A stretch of DNA of 63,807 bases, filler included, from Reticulomyxa filosa (Eukaryota > Protista > Foraminifera), in the NCBI GenBank assembly GCA_000512085.1. It is 17 parts of 17 records of this genome, joined end to end, with 100 filler letters (N's around TTAATTAATTAA, not from the genome) between each part and the next. Parts side by side here need not be neighbours in the genome. Positions count along the whole stretch, not along the records: positions 45,295 to 55,245 come from ASPP01004198.1; positions 55,346 to 56,598 come from ASPP01043481.1; positions 56,699 to 60,008 come from ASPP01048900.1; positions 60,109 to 63,807 come from ASPP01018737.1; 13 more parts are not named here. The stretch is one strand, 5' to 3'. A program made the position numbers and the translations under genes. The notes beneath the pieces are model-generated. The model searched no databases. It was not told the origin of the DNA and saw nothing but the letters and a program-made list of their open reading frames with translations. Positions 52,735 to 63,807 of the stretch are shown here, in pieces (position 1 is the stretch's first letter; each line of letters starts with the position of its first letter).

Positions 52735-54010
52735 TTAAAGTGATAAATGCAGGAGAATAAAGAAAGATACATACACACATCCATAAGTGAAAATTGTTAG
52801 CATCGATGAAAGGATAAGTGTGATGAAAAGTGGAATATGGACGTGGTGCTGAACTCCCGTCATGAGTATGGAGGTGGATGAGGGTGTGACTGGTTGTAGA
52901 CCCCATTCTTGGATTTGTTCAATCACCTCGTCTGCTCGTATGTTCAACTCTTCCACTGGGTTTTGATAATCTCGAATGGGATATGTAGAGGCCGAACGGG
53001 GAAGTCTCTACGGAAGAACACGACCAACTCGCGGTCGCGAAATTCCATATGAATACGTTCTGTAATTGATTATAGTATACACATATACATATATATAATA
53101 TATAGCACTTTTTGTTGACATTAGCGGAATGGACGACAACAATCTTTCCTTGTAACCTCTTCCAATATTTTGGTCAAAACTCGTGACAAATACGATGTGC
53201 ATCATTACACACAGACAAGTACTGATCCACATGTATCTTTTGAATTTGAATAGCTGGCAACCGTTGCAATAAGCGATTGCCAATGCAAATTTGTCTGTGA
53301 TTTGCGTCTTTATCTTCATTATTCGCTGCTCCTGCTCCGCCTCGACGTAGTGCATCTTCTGCATATTTAACATCTGCGTTTGCTGAAATTTCTTCCATCG
53401 TCAGTCCAACTGGCAAACACGCATCGATCTCATCGTCCAACTGGCAAACACGCATCGATCTCATCGTCCAACTGATTATCACCTCCAGTGAGGACTCAAT
53501 ATTGAAGTTCATTTCTTACTGTGCCAAATTCACCACGATCTGCGCGCCATTGCCTTGCAACAACGCCATAGGATAGCTTGCATTTGCTCAGGTTGCCGCC
53601 CTGTGGTGGGTTCGTCTGAGGATGGCGCGCCAAAGCCAGACTCTTGCAAGATTTGATTGTTCAAGGCCAACATTTCTTGGGCATTGGAGAGACAAAATTT
53701 TTAATCAATGGATACACTAGCCAGTAAGCCTCTTGCTAATGTTTTTTTATCCAATATGTCGTCATCATCCTTTTTTTTCTTTCAGAGATGAGATTGTCGA
53801 CTGCATCATGGAGTCCGCACTGTTGGAAAGCATTACACTGCTAGCCTCCATCGACCATTACTTTTGCAAAATGGCGATACGTTATGCAAACATGTAATGA
53901 ACCAGGTTGATGAGTTTGCAGTTGGAAACAAATCGCATTTTTTGTCACGTGCAACTACTTGCACTTCACATTTGCGTCTGTTAGATTCCTGTCGAACAGT
54001 CCTAACACTA
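52735..54010 (-). pseudogene. Decayed IP3-receptor-like fragment
   Basis: ITERIHMEFRDRELVVFF, VEELNIRADEVIEQI and a following TM recall the IP3R pre-TM1 region. Many stops and frameshifts. Confidence 0.35.
53404..53474. repeat. Perfect 31-bp tandem duplication
   Basis: GTCCAACTGGCAAACACGCATCGATCTCATC twice, followed by GTCCAACTG. Confidence 0.95.
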
Positions 54011-55345
54011 ACAATGAATTTGTCAATCGTTTTAGCTCCACTAGGCTGTCCATTTTCTTGGGTTTACTGATAATCATTCCTACTAAGTATACTTGATCTA
54101 ACTCAAACATTGTTATCTTCTTGTTTTGTTAATTTTTTTGTTAGTAGTTTCAGAGCCACAAGTAAAACCTTTCAGTTCTCCATCAAATCTTGAGTACTTT
54201 TTTTTGAAAGAAGATAACAGTTCTAGTAATCCAATCTATATTACCTTTTCATTGCGACGATACCAAGCAAATTTATCCTGAAAGAGCTTAAAAAATCCAA
54301 ATGGAAGAAAATAAACAATGAGATCTTCAAAATGTTTGTTTTGGATCATAGATTGTTGCAAGCGTTGATAAAAAAGTGGTTAATAGTTCCAACGGTAGTA
54401 GCCGGCACACAAAAAAGGGGGGAAAACGTTATACGTGTTATAAGCATTTATACCTTTACAAACAAATGTAAGAACTTAAACAATGAAACAACGATCCACA
54501 ATAGACCAATTTGATGAAAGTAAATTGAGTGAGTACCAACGAAAAATTTCTTGTGATGTATGCATTACTCAAATTGGGAATTATCAAATGCAAAAGTATT
54601 GTGTTTATTCACAGTATTGATTTGTGTTATCGTTTGAAATTATTTTTGGAAAGGTTTCTAGTCCCTACTGCGGTTTTAAACCATAATTTAACTTACAATT
54701 CCAGATAATCGGTTCTTGACAAATTTAACAGTGGTTTATTCAGTTTTGATCTTTTTTTATTATTATTTATTATTTAGTAGTGTTTTAATTTCACATTGTG
54801 AAGAAATTTTTAAAAAATTGCGGTTTCCAGTGTTATGGGAATATTTATTCACAATTTGCAATGAAAAATGATAGAAATTTATAAAAATAATAATATTGCA
54901 TCAAAGGATAAACAACAAACAACATTATTTGCATTACTAATATTAAAGAATATTTGATAACAACGGATACAATTGTGGCGAACATGACGACATTGTTTGT
55001 TTTCACCTTTGTAAATCAAAATAAAAGTTGCAGAAATAAAATTGTTTAATTTATAAGTGCTCTTATTTTTTTATAAATTTAGCATATTCGTTTTTATTAC
55101 TGTATTTTTATCCCTTTTAACAAATGGTACACCGTCGTTAACTGTATATAATGCCGCACCTTCAACAGCTATTAATTTATATTTTTTAGAAAGAAACGTA
55201 CAAATAAATTGATATTGTGATTGCAGCAACGTTTTTCCAAAAACTNNNNNNNNNNNNNNNNNNNNNNNNNNNNNNNNNNNNNNNNNNNNTTAATTAATTA
55301 ANNNNNNNNNNNNNNNNNNNNNNNNNNNNNNNNNNNNNNNNNNNN

Positions 55346-55375
55346 GCCCTAAGCCCTAAGCCCTAAGCCCTAAGC
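55346..55375 (+). repeat. Telomere-like heptamer array (GCCCTAA)4 at contig start
   Basis: C-rich strand at the 5' end of the contig; the complement is (TTAGGGC)n. Confidence 0.6.
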
Positions 55376-55697
55376 TTTTTTTTATTTTTGCTACTGCTTT
55401 TTTTTAAACAAAAGGCTCTTTTTAAAAATTAAACACTTTGTAAGGTAGCATTTGGGTATAGCAGTTTTTTTGTAAAGCAATTCGTATAAAAATTAAAGAA
55501 TAAAACAGTGGGAAAAAAAGGGACTCTCAATAAAGAGTGCTTTTGTTCTGTGTTGCATTGTTTTAGTTTTTGCTTTTCTTTGGCTAATCCCTGTTTTTGT
55601 GGTCTTTTGTTGCAATCGACATTGTTTAAAAGTTATATTTGTTTTTTTGTTCATTTGTTTGTTGAGTGCTTTACAAACATCAACGAAAAAAAAAAAG

Positions 55698-56232
55698 ATG
55701 TCAAAAATGGTAAAAGAAGCTACAACATGGCATAAAATTCCCGGTTTGGGCTTTTATGGAAATGACACAACTAATAAAGATTGCGTGAATATCATCGATG
55801 CAATTGCTGAAGGGGAAAAAAGTAATGGTGGTGGTTTTACGGTAGATGCAAAGACAGTGTGGAAAAAATCGAGTATGTCTAATGCCAAATCCAATGTAAA
55901 GTTAACCAGTTACGTAAAAGTTCCAGTTAGTGCTAATGCAATATTGAAATCGTATGTAAACATTGATTTTTTTGGAAATGATATTAAATCAGCAAAAATT
56001 TCTTTGAATGATGCAGTTTTGTCCAAAAGATAAAAATAGATTTATTTAAATTTTAAATTTTTTGTTTGTATTTGTTTTTTATTTGAATTAGATCATATTA
56101 CTTTTGAATACGGATGCAGTAGTTTTAACTTATTTTGGTGATACGGCCTATTTCAAGACTGCCAAAGCTACACTCTCAGAGACAAAAAATCTTAATAATG
56201 CGGTCTCTTTTGTAAAGGAACTTATACGTTGA
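55698..56232 (+). CDS. 152-aa protein with two degenerate PAN/apple-like repeats (2 exons)
   Basis: Intron 56016-56091. Repeats GFYGND...GFT...VWKK...SYVK and DFFGNDI...LTY...AYFK...SFVK. Confidence 0.65.
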
Positions 56233-56698
56233 GATTTTTTTGTTTGGAGCACTCCAAAATTTTTTTTTACCAAACAAATTTATTCAATTATAATGCTTTT
56301 ACTTACTCTTTATTGACAAATAAAATAATAAATAATCATATATAATAAGACATGCATACTAAAAAAAAAAACAAATTTTCATTATCACACTCTACCAACA
56401 ACAAAATCTTTCATCATTATAATTTACCAACAACAAAAAAATACTTTCTATTCTGAAAAGATCAACGTAAAATACTTTTGCAAAAAGTCTAAACCTATAT
56501 ATTTTGCAACCACAATAATACAACTTTACTTATACAGTAGATTGCAAAAAAAACTGCAATATCTAAATGGCACTATATGAAGAGAATCGATTTTCTCCNN
56601 NNNNNNNNNNNNNNNNNNNNNNNNNNNNNNNNNNNNNNNNNNTTAATTAATTAANNNNNNNNNNNNNNNNNNNNNNNNNNNNNNNNNNNNNNNNNNNN

Positions 56699-57154
56699 TT
56701 TTTCTTTTTCTTTGTCTTTTATATCGCTCTTGCCTTTGCCCAAAAAATCCATTATCTGTTTGTTTGGAGTCGGCCCTTCCTCTCTTCGAAGCCTTTTTCG
56801 CTGAGGCATTTCAAAGGCCATTGCATTGTCGCTGTCGTTTCCTATATCTTTGTCTGGGCTTTGTCGCTTTCGCGACGATCGGGCTTTGCTCTCTTCCCCT
56901 TGCTTTCCTCTTCCTTCTCCTTCTCCTCTTCCTCTTCTTCTCCTTCTTTTTTTAACAGTGCAACCCACAAAATATCTCTTTTTTTTTTTTCCTCTTTTGT
57001 TTCGACTAGCTGCTGTCGTTGTTTCGCTGACATGTGGGCTTTTTAACTGCAAGGGACGCGAGAAAATTACTGATAATGCCGCATCCACTCCGCTCAAAGG
57101 CTTGGAAATAGAAGGAGAGCTCTCCTTTCGATTGACATGGGCCGAAAATTTCAT
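56699..57154 (-). CDS. Basic/charged hypothetical protein, 5' part
   Basis: Frame open from MKFSAHV to the contig edge with NLS-like clusters; possible internal introns. Confidence 0.4.
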
Positions 57155-57912
57155 TAAACAAATCCCAAAGACACGTTTTCTGCTTTTTTTTTTTTTTTTT
57201 TTTGTACGGCACCAGGAAAGAACTTGAGAACGAACACTGACTTGTACTTGTTTATTTTTCTGCACTAGACAATGCTTTTGAACTTCATAAGTAATAATTT
57301 TACTTTTTTTCCAAAACAAACATAAAATTTCTTTTTTTCAACAATTACAATAGATTCCGCATGACAGTGCTAAGAGAAATAAAGTAATTTTTATTACTTC
57401 AATACTCTTGCTAATGTATTTTTTCAATTATAAGTAATTTTGCTAACTTTTTTAAATTAAAAGTATGATCATTATATTTTTAAAAAGTGTGATTCACGTG
57501 ATAATTTCTCGAGACCCACATACATATATTTATATTTCAAAATTGATTTTATTGTGTGGAATATGAAAAAAACTGTTACATTTGTCAAGTGGTATTTGAT
57601 TTCATATTCTTTTTTTAATTTTTACTGTTATTGCAATATATAAACGAAATAAACATATTATGTGTATATGAATCACACTTTTTATTTGAAATACATTATT
57701 TTTAGTTTTATAGAAGAAAGACATTTTAGCTTTTTGTTGAAAATGTAAAAAATAATTTTACAGAGTTGCAATCAATGTGATATCAAAACATCAATTCATT
57801 GAATCTGCAACATATATTTATGCTGTTCTCAATATATGTAATTATTTAGAAAAGAGAAAAAGCTTATTTTGACCAATTATAGCAAATAATTAAATAAGCA
57901 CTTTAATGTTGT

Positions 57913-58139
57913 TGTAGGGCAAGGCCCTATAACTATCTGAACGTTGAAGGAACCTGGGAGTCCCCAGTGGGCTAAAACTCCTCAACCAACTTCACTTACT
58001 CTTTTACTTTTTTTTCTTCTTTGGTTGCGTTATTCATCTTTCTTTTACTTAATTTACTTTTGTTTTATCGAACATTGGTTTCTTGAGCAAAACCATTTTC
58101 GTATACGTTTAGTACACCTCTTCCAGCTGACGTCCTACA
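57913..58139. mobile_element. Solo-LTR or MITE-like insertion, 227 bp
   Basis: Ends TGTAGG...CCTACA (6-bp inverted termini, TG..CA), flanked by TTGT at 57909-57912 and 58140-58143. Confidence 0.75.
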
Positions 58140-60108
58140 TTGTGTTCATTTGACAAATAGATGAACATAAATGCATAATGATACAATGATTTATTTTGAA
58201 TCCGAATTAATAATTCTTATAATCGTTTCCAAAAAAGAATCGGAAAAATTTGTTACTTTTTGGTTTTTATTTATTTATGATCAGTCACTTCAAGTTTGGT
58301 GTAACTGTTGTCACTTTGTTTCATATCAATTTTTTTGTTGAAGCTGCTCGAAACGGTACTTTTTTTGTATTACATTCATCCTTAAAAGCAGTTCTTTTAA
58401 CAATTAATAACTTTATTCAAATTTTTCTTTATTCCAATCACATACCTACCAATATTATAAATATAAAATTAAAATCATAATGTGAAGAAATAAAGAAAAA
58501 AAGAATGAAAAAATGTGGAATAACGTGATACAACTATATCACACATAGCATTTAATGATAATACATTTAAAAGCTAAAAATATTGACAAACAACTTGAAA
58601 AACAAATTCACATTATCAAAGTTGAGTGAAAGGAAAGTATTATCACGCTAAACTGAAACCAAGCAATTTTTGGTAGATACAGGATATTTTAATTACGGAC
58701 AAGATTAGAAAAAATACGTCAAAGTAAAATAATGTCGATGTGAACTAAATAATTTTTGAAACATTGAGGTAAAAAGTATTGTAAAAGAAAGAAAATAGTT
58801 CAGAATAGGTTCTATCTTAATGTTGTGCTGTTTTTATTTTTGTTGGTGATCTATTCCAAGGCATTGTTAAAAAAATGGCATTTAACAATATTTACAAGAG
58901 CTATGTGAAAACAAAGCAAGAACTGGTTCTCAAACTCAACAAAAACATATCAATGAAGGTTTTAAGGTAGTCTGTTAGTATATTTTCAATATTTTTTTGA
59001 ATTTGTGAACCAAGAATAAAAAATTTAATTCAAATTTAAAATTTTGACCTTATTGATTTGTATTAAAATCAAATCAGTCTTACGAAAAAAAAGAAAGTGA
59101 ACTTCCCAAATAGCATCCTTTTTTTACTTACTGCCAGCACTTTGCTTTCTTTTTTATTACTTTTCTTGTTGCTATAAAAATTGCTTTATCTGGTTATTTC
59201 TCATGTGAGAATAAATCACTGAAAAGCAGCACGAAGTCAATCTTGCAAGCGGAAACTTGAGTGAAAACAATAAAAGTCCGTATTCGTTCTTAATGCGCTG
59301 TCATTTGCACGGATGTCAAAGTACAAAAACAATTATTTTGCACAAGATATATTTTTTAATGTTGTGATTGTTTGTCACTTGCATTCAACAGATCACAAAG
59401 AGATTTCATGGTAAATGTATACCGAAGAAAATTGAGAAGATCGGAGATATCGCAGTCCAAAAAGATTAGTAACGTAAATATTGTGATATCGTCATTGGAA
59501 ATCTTTGTTAGTTGCTGGTGATTGTGATGAGGTATTAAAATGAATAACATCGTTTGTGTCACTTGATCAGGGTCATCCAATGAGTAAGCAATGTCTGATA
59601 CTCTCTGTTGTTTGACCTTGATAGTGATAAGACGAAATAAAATAATAATAATAAAAAAAATTGTTGTTGTTATTCAATTTTGTACTGGCATTACGACGAC
59701 CGCAGCAAACAAATGATTTTTTTTAATAGCGTTTTCAATACTTGCATTACTTTTATTTCAGATTACGGACCTTCGGACTTATTTGCTGATTAGACAAATT
59801 TGTTCTTATCTCCGATGTCCGATGTTGTTGCTGAGTAAAAGAAAAGAAATGAAACGTCGATTATGTCCGAAAGATATTTGAATATCAATTGCTGCAATGG
59901 ATAGTAGATTGTTTCAACATAAATGTCCAGTGCCTGTCAATTTTTACATTAACAATTTAAGTATTATTGTTATTTGTTTATTCATTAAAAAAAAAAAAAA
60001 TAGTTGAANNNNNNNNNNNNNNNNNNNNNNNNNNNNNNNNNNNNNNNNNNNNTTAATTAATTAANNNNNNNNNNNNNNNNNNNNNNNNNNNNNNNNNNNN
60101 NNNNNNNN

Positions 60109-62054
60109 ATTGACACGTGCAACCAACCTACTGCACCGCTTGTCACCATTTTGAAAACAACACACAAGAGCTTGCAAGTTTCACAATACGATTTTGTTTT
60201 TTTTTTTTTTTTTTTGTTGTGTTTGCACTGCTGCAACATGCGAATTTACTTTTTTTTTTTTTTTTTTAAAAAAAAAATAAAACATACACGTGCATGTGCG
60301 CATCTTTTTTTTAAAAATAAATAAAATAAAATAAAATAAAAAGATTGGTTGGGAAGTAAATGAAGAGTCGTTCAAGCAGGGGGCGATGATATTTGAAGTC
60401 CAATACCGATTGCTGCGAAAGAACGAAAAGCCGGGCAACTTGAAACCAGAGAATTTGAGCGACGACGAGAAGAATGACGATGACGACGATGACATCATCA
60501 ATGGCAATGAGGACGGTGGCAATGTTCTAAATGGAGATGAGAACCGCGATAAATTCGGAGACAATACAATGCGAAGCATAAAATACGAAGCGACCGAGTT
60601 GAATGAAGACAAAGTCGTGAATGAACGCAACGAACATGCAAAGGACAAGGACAAGGATAAAGAAAGAACAAGAACAAGAACAAGGACAAGGACAAGGACA
60701 AGAACGAGGAAGAGAACCAAGATGGGTCCGATGACGATGACGACAACGACGAGGATGCACAAGACAGCGATCGACCCGACATCGAGGGACAGGCGAACAG
60801 TAGCATCACTGGGTTCGCCGAAAACGCCATGCAAAAGTGGAACCAACTGACAAAGCGCTTTGCAAATAATGAGACAAAAAAGTCCAAACAAAAGAAACAT
60901 AAAAAGCAAGATAAAGACAAAAAGAAAAAAGACAAAGAAAAAGAAAGAGAAAAAGAAAAAGAAAAGTACAAACGATTAGTCAAAGAGAAAAAAAAAAATC
61001 ATAAGAGTCAATTCGAATGGACCACTTTCGGCATTATTCAGTCGTCCAAAAAAAAAAAATTCACAATCGATGGTCTGGAATTTTCCTCATGTTACGCCAT
61101 TCGTGTTCGTGGCAAAAACTCTTTTGGATGGGGAAAATTTTCAATCCCGGTTGGAGCCCAGACACAGTGCTTAGGTATATATATATATATATATATGTAT
61201 ATACATATATATGTATGTATATATGTATATGTATATGAATATGTACGCATGCCCATTTGTAACAATACGATAAATATAGTGCTGGGATTCAAATGGCCTG
61301 GCCATTCATACAAAGGTGGTCTGAACATTTCCAAGGACAAAAGCTTGGTTCGCTTGCCCTACCAATCGTGCAAAATCCCTTGCGATTATGAAATCTATTT
61401 GAAACGGCAAAACGTGGAATATTTTGGCTGGGAAATTGTTTGCTGGAAGATGAGCAACTATTCGTGGATTGGGTTTTTGCAAGGTCCTTTGAAAAATACC
61501 GCCATTCTTACAGCTGGAGTAATTACTTGGGCTCCAGCAGCAAAGAGTTTGCTCTATCTTTTTGTGCAAACAACTCGTACATCCAATACTATCCGAAAGG
61601 ATATGGCTCCACTTGCCAGACCTTGTATACCAAACTTTGGCTGCGACACGGCGATCGCATCCTATTCATCGTTAACTGCAAGCAACGCTTTATACGCGTG
61701 TATCACAATTTTCAATGCTTGGGAGAATTGTTCCACGACGTACCCAGCGTCATTGTCCCTTGTGTCAGCAATGCCAATGCCGATGCTGAGTACTCCATCC
61801 GCTATGTCAGTGAATTTGAAATTAAACACGGTAGAGGCATTACTGAACTTGTCTTGTTTTGCTATCGTCGATTCTTTTATGGCTTTAATGGTGGAGAAAA
61901 AGCTGGAATCATTGCTGCCTGCGTTATATTTTATCTCTTGTATCTATTCTTCAAGTGGCTCTTCGGCTACACACAAGTCAACGAAGTCAAGCCTCTTGTC
62001 AATTACATGGTGCAAAATGCCACTTCCATTTTACCACAAAAACAAGAGTTGTGA
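60109..62054 (+). CDS. FN3 + SPRY/B30.2-like protein with C-terminal TM (5'-partial; two -1 frameshifts)
   Basis: FN3 SLQ|IGW..FEVQYR...TIDGLEFSSCYAIRVRGKNSFGWG; SPRY YFGWEI..SWIGF...GDRI...LGELF..VPCVS; a TM; ends KQEL*. Confidence 0.75.
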
Positions 62055-62473
62055 AACCATTACATCTTCCTTCGGTATTGCATCCCTTTTGCTTTTTTTT
62101 TTTTTTTTTTTTTGGCTTCCCTTCTCTCTTTTCAATAGACAATTCAAATAACAGGGTCAAATTCACACCCACTCCCAAATGTACCTTTTTTGTTTTTTGT
62201 TTTGGATTTTTTTTTTTTACGTGGTTGTTATTTGGTCGTCTTTACAAAATTTTTTTCTTTTTTCAACTTATTTCCAAGATTTATGTTCAAAGATCAAATG
62301 AACTCTCCCTCTTTGGATAATTATTTTTTATTTGAAATTGAAAAATTCTTACAAAGACAATATAGCAAGCTATTTAACAAAAAAGTGGTCAGACAATTTC
62401 ATGTTTACTAATTAGATTATTTATGTATGACTTCTCAAAAAAAAAAAAAAAGAAAATATTTTAAAATATTATG

Positions 62474-63762
62474 CTATTTCCTTGGAATAAAAAATATGTC
62501 CATTCCCTTTTCCAATTGTAGAGTTGCGCTAAAGACAGGGTTGAATGTTTGACCTTTTTTCAGTTGTAACTGATATTTCATAAGAATTTTGGCAATAGCA
62601 ATTTTGGCTTCCATTAGCGCCACATGTTTGCCCAGACACAACCTGGGCAAGATGTTGAAGTAAGGATAATAAGAAGGCTCGTAGCCTTTTTCTTGATTGT
62701 AGAACCTCGACGGATTGAATTGTAAAGGATCTTTCCACAACTTGGGCATGCGGCTCAATCCATAGCAAAAGATGATAACGCCATCACCTTTTCGAATAAT
62801 TTCACCATGTGGACACTCAATGTCTTCAAGAGCAAAGCGAATCAGCGTAGGAACAGAAGGATGCAAGCGCAGACTTTCCAGCAAAACTGCCTCCAAGTAT
62901 TTGAGTTGTTGTACTTTTTCATATGTCAGCAATTCTCCGTCTTCCTTGGAACAAACGGACATCACTTCCTCGAATACGCGGTCCTGCACCTCGGGATTCA
63001 TGCAGAGCTCGTAGCAAGTCCACGTCAGCAAAATCGCAGTAGTATCCCGTCCTGCAATAATGAAGTTGATCGCATTGTCTCGCAGCTCTTTCATTGATAT
63101 GTTAGGAATTTCTTTCGCATACAATGATAGCAAGTCATATCGTTCTGCCAGTTCATCTCGAGACGTTATCTTTTGCATATGTATACATATAATACAGGAT
63201 ATATTATTTATTTACATAAAGTCAATTACATTATGTCAAAAAAAAAAAAAAAAAAAAAAAGTTTGACACAATGGTATCACCAAAAATACGTATACAAAAC
63301 AGTTCAAAACTTGTGTACGTTTTTGGATAATATCATAGGCAAAGTCATTGACAATTTTGATATGTTGTTTTAGTTGTTTTTCTTTTCCAATGTTGAGCCA
63401 TTTTTTGACGAGATAAAAAGGATCCAGAATGCGGTAGGCCAATGACGCAAAGGCACCGTCAAATGCTTTTGGAAATTCCAGCACTTGAGGGGCTTTGGCA
63501 ATGCAATCCAGTTTCACGCCAAACGCGATAAATGTGAACGCTTCCAAAGTCAGTCGAGCAAACATGTCGTTCACATTCACACTTTTCAGGTCGCTGTCGT
63601 TGTCGTCGCCTGATAACTCCGCAATTTTCAGTAGAAACTCGTCCGTTGTCGCCATAAAGCACTTAAACATATGGTCTTTCAAGCTTCGAATCGTAAAGAT
63701 TTTCGATGCGATTTGCCGATGTTTTTTCCATATCTTGCCATCCGTGTTAAAAATTCCATTGC
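62474..63762 (-). CDS. Cytochrome P450, CYP86/CYP704 clan-like (5'-partial)
   Basis: GIFNTDGKIWKKHR, AGRDTT, ESLRLHP, FNPSRF, FNILPRLCLG. Confidence 0.93.
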
Positions 63763-63766
63763 CTTT

Positions 63767-63798
<32 letters not shown>

Positions 63799-63807
63799 CC
63801 TCATTTC

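Noticed and set aside
58144-60008. Short ORFs in AT-rich DNA (e.g. 59356..59580)
   Set aside because: No motif or consistent exon structure. No tRNA or rRNA gene was recognisable anywhere in the window by eye.
3818-60108. Recurring TTAATTAATTAA as a biological repeat or CRISPR-like array
   Set aside because: Always centred in exactly 88 Ns: a six-frame-stop linker added when contigs were concatenated.

Overview
Eukaryotic, AT-rich, intron-containing draft genome. The window is 17 unrelated contigs joined by 16 artificial 100-bp linkers (N44-TTAATTAATTAA-N44), so gene neighbourhoods only hold within a contig. The gene-family signatures (lineage-type WD40, kelch-like, TRAF-type zinc-finger and TPR families, NACHT-pentapeptide-WD40, poly-Asn tracts, many pseudogenes) point to a foraminiferan such as Reticulomyxa filosa; this is recognition from memory, not a search. 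Recognisable genes: RAB3GAP2-like, SCP2 ending in SKL, a PhzF-family isomerase, a PH protein, a tandem-DOMON protein, BPNT1, a REJ protein, a tetraspanin, an NLR-like NACHT-WD40, a four-domain voltage-gated channel, LSD1/KDM1, a UPF1-like helicase, OTU1/YOD1, a MAP2K-like kinase, an FN3-SPRY protein and a CYP86-clan P450. Decayed copies resemble PI4KA, a Cys-loop receptor and an IP3 receptor. The most notable unannotated signals are: (GCCCTAA)4 telomere-like repeats at a contig end about 320 bp from a gene with two nearly cysteine-free PAN-like repeats; a 227-bp TG...CA element with a 4-bp target-site duplication and a second related end elsewhere; splice acceptors preceded by poly-A instead of polypyrimidine; five frameshifts, all -1, at homopolymers; and an atypical channel selectivity filter. 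Exon boundaries and homology calls were made by eye.
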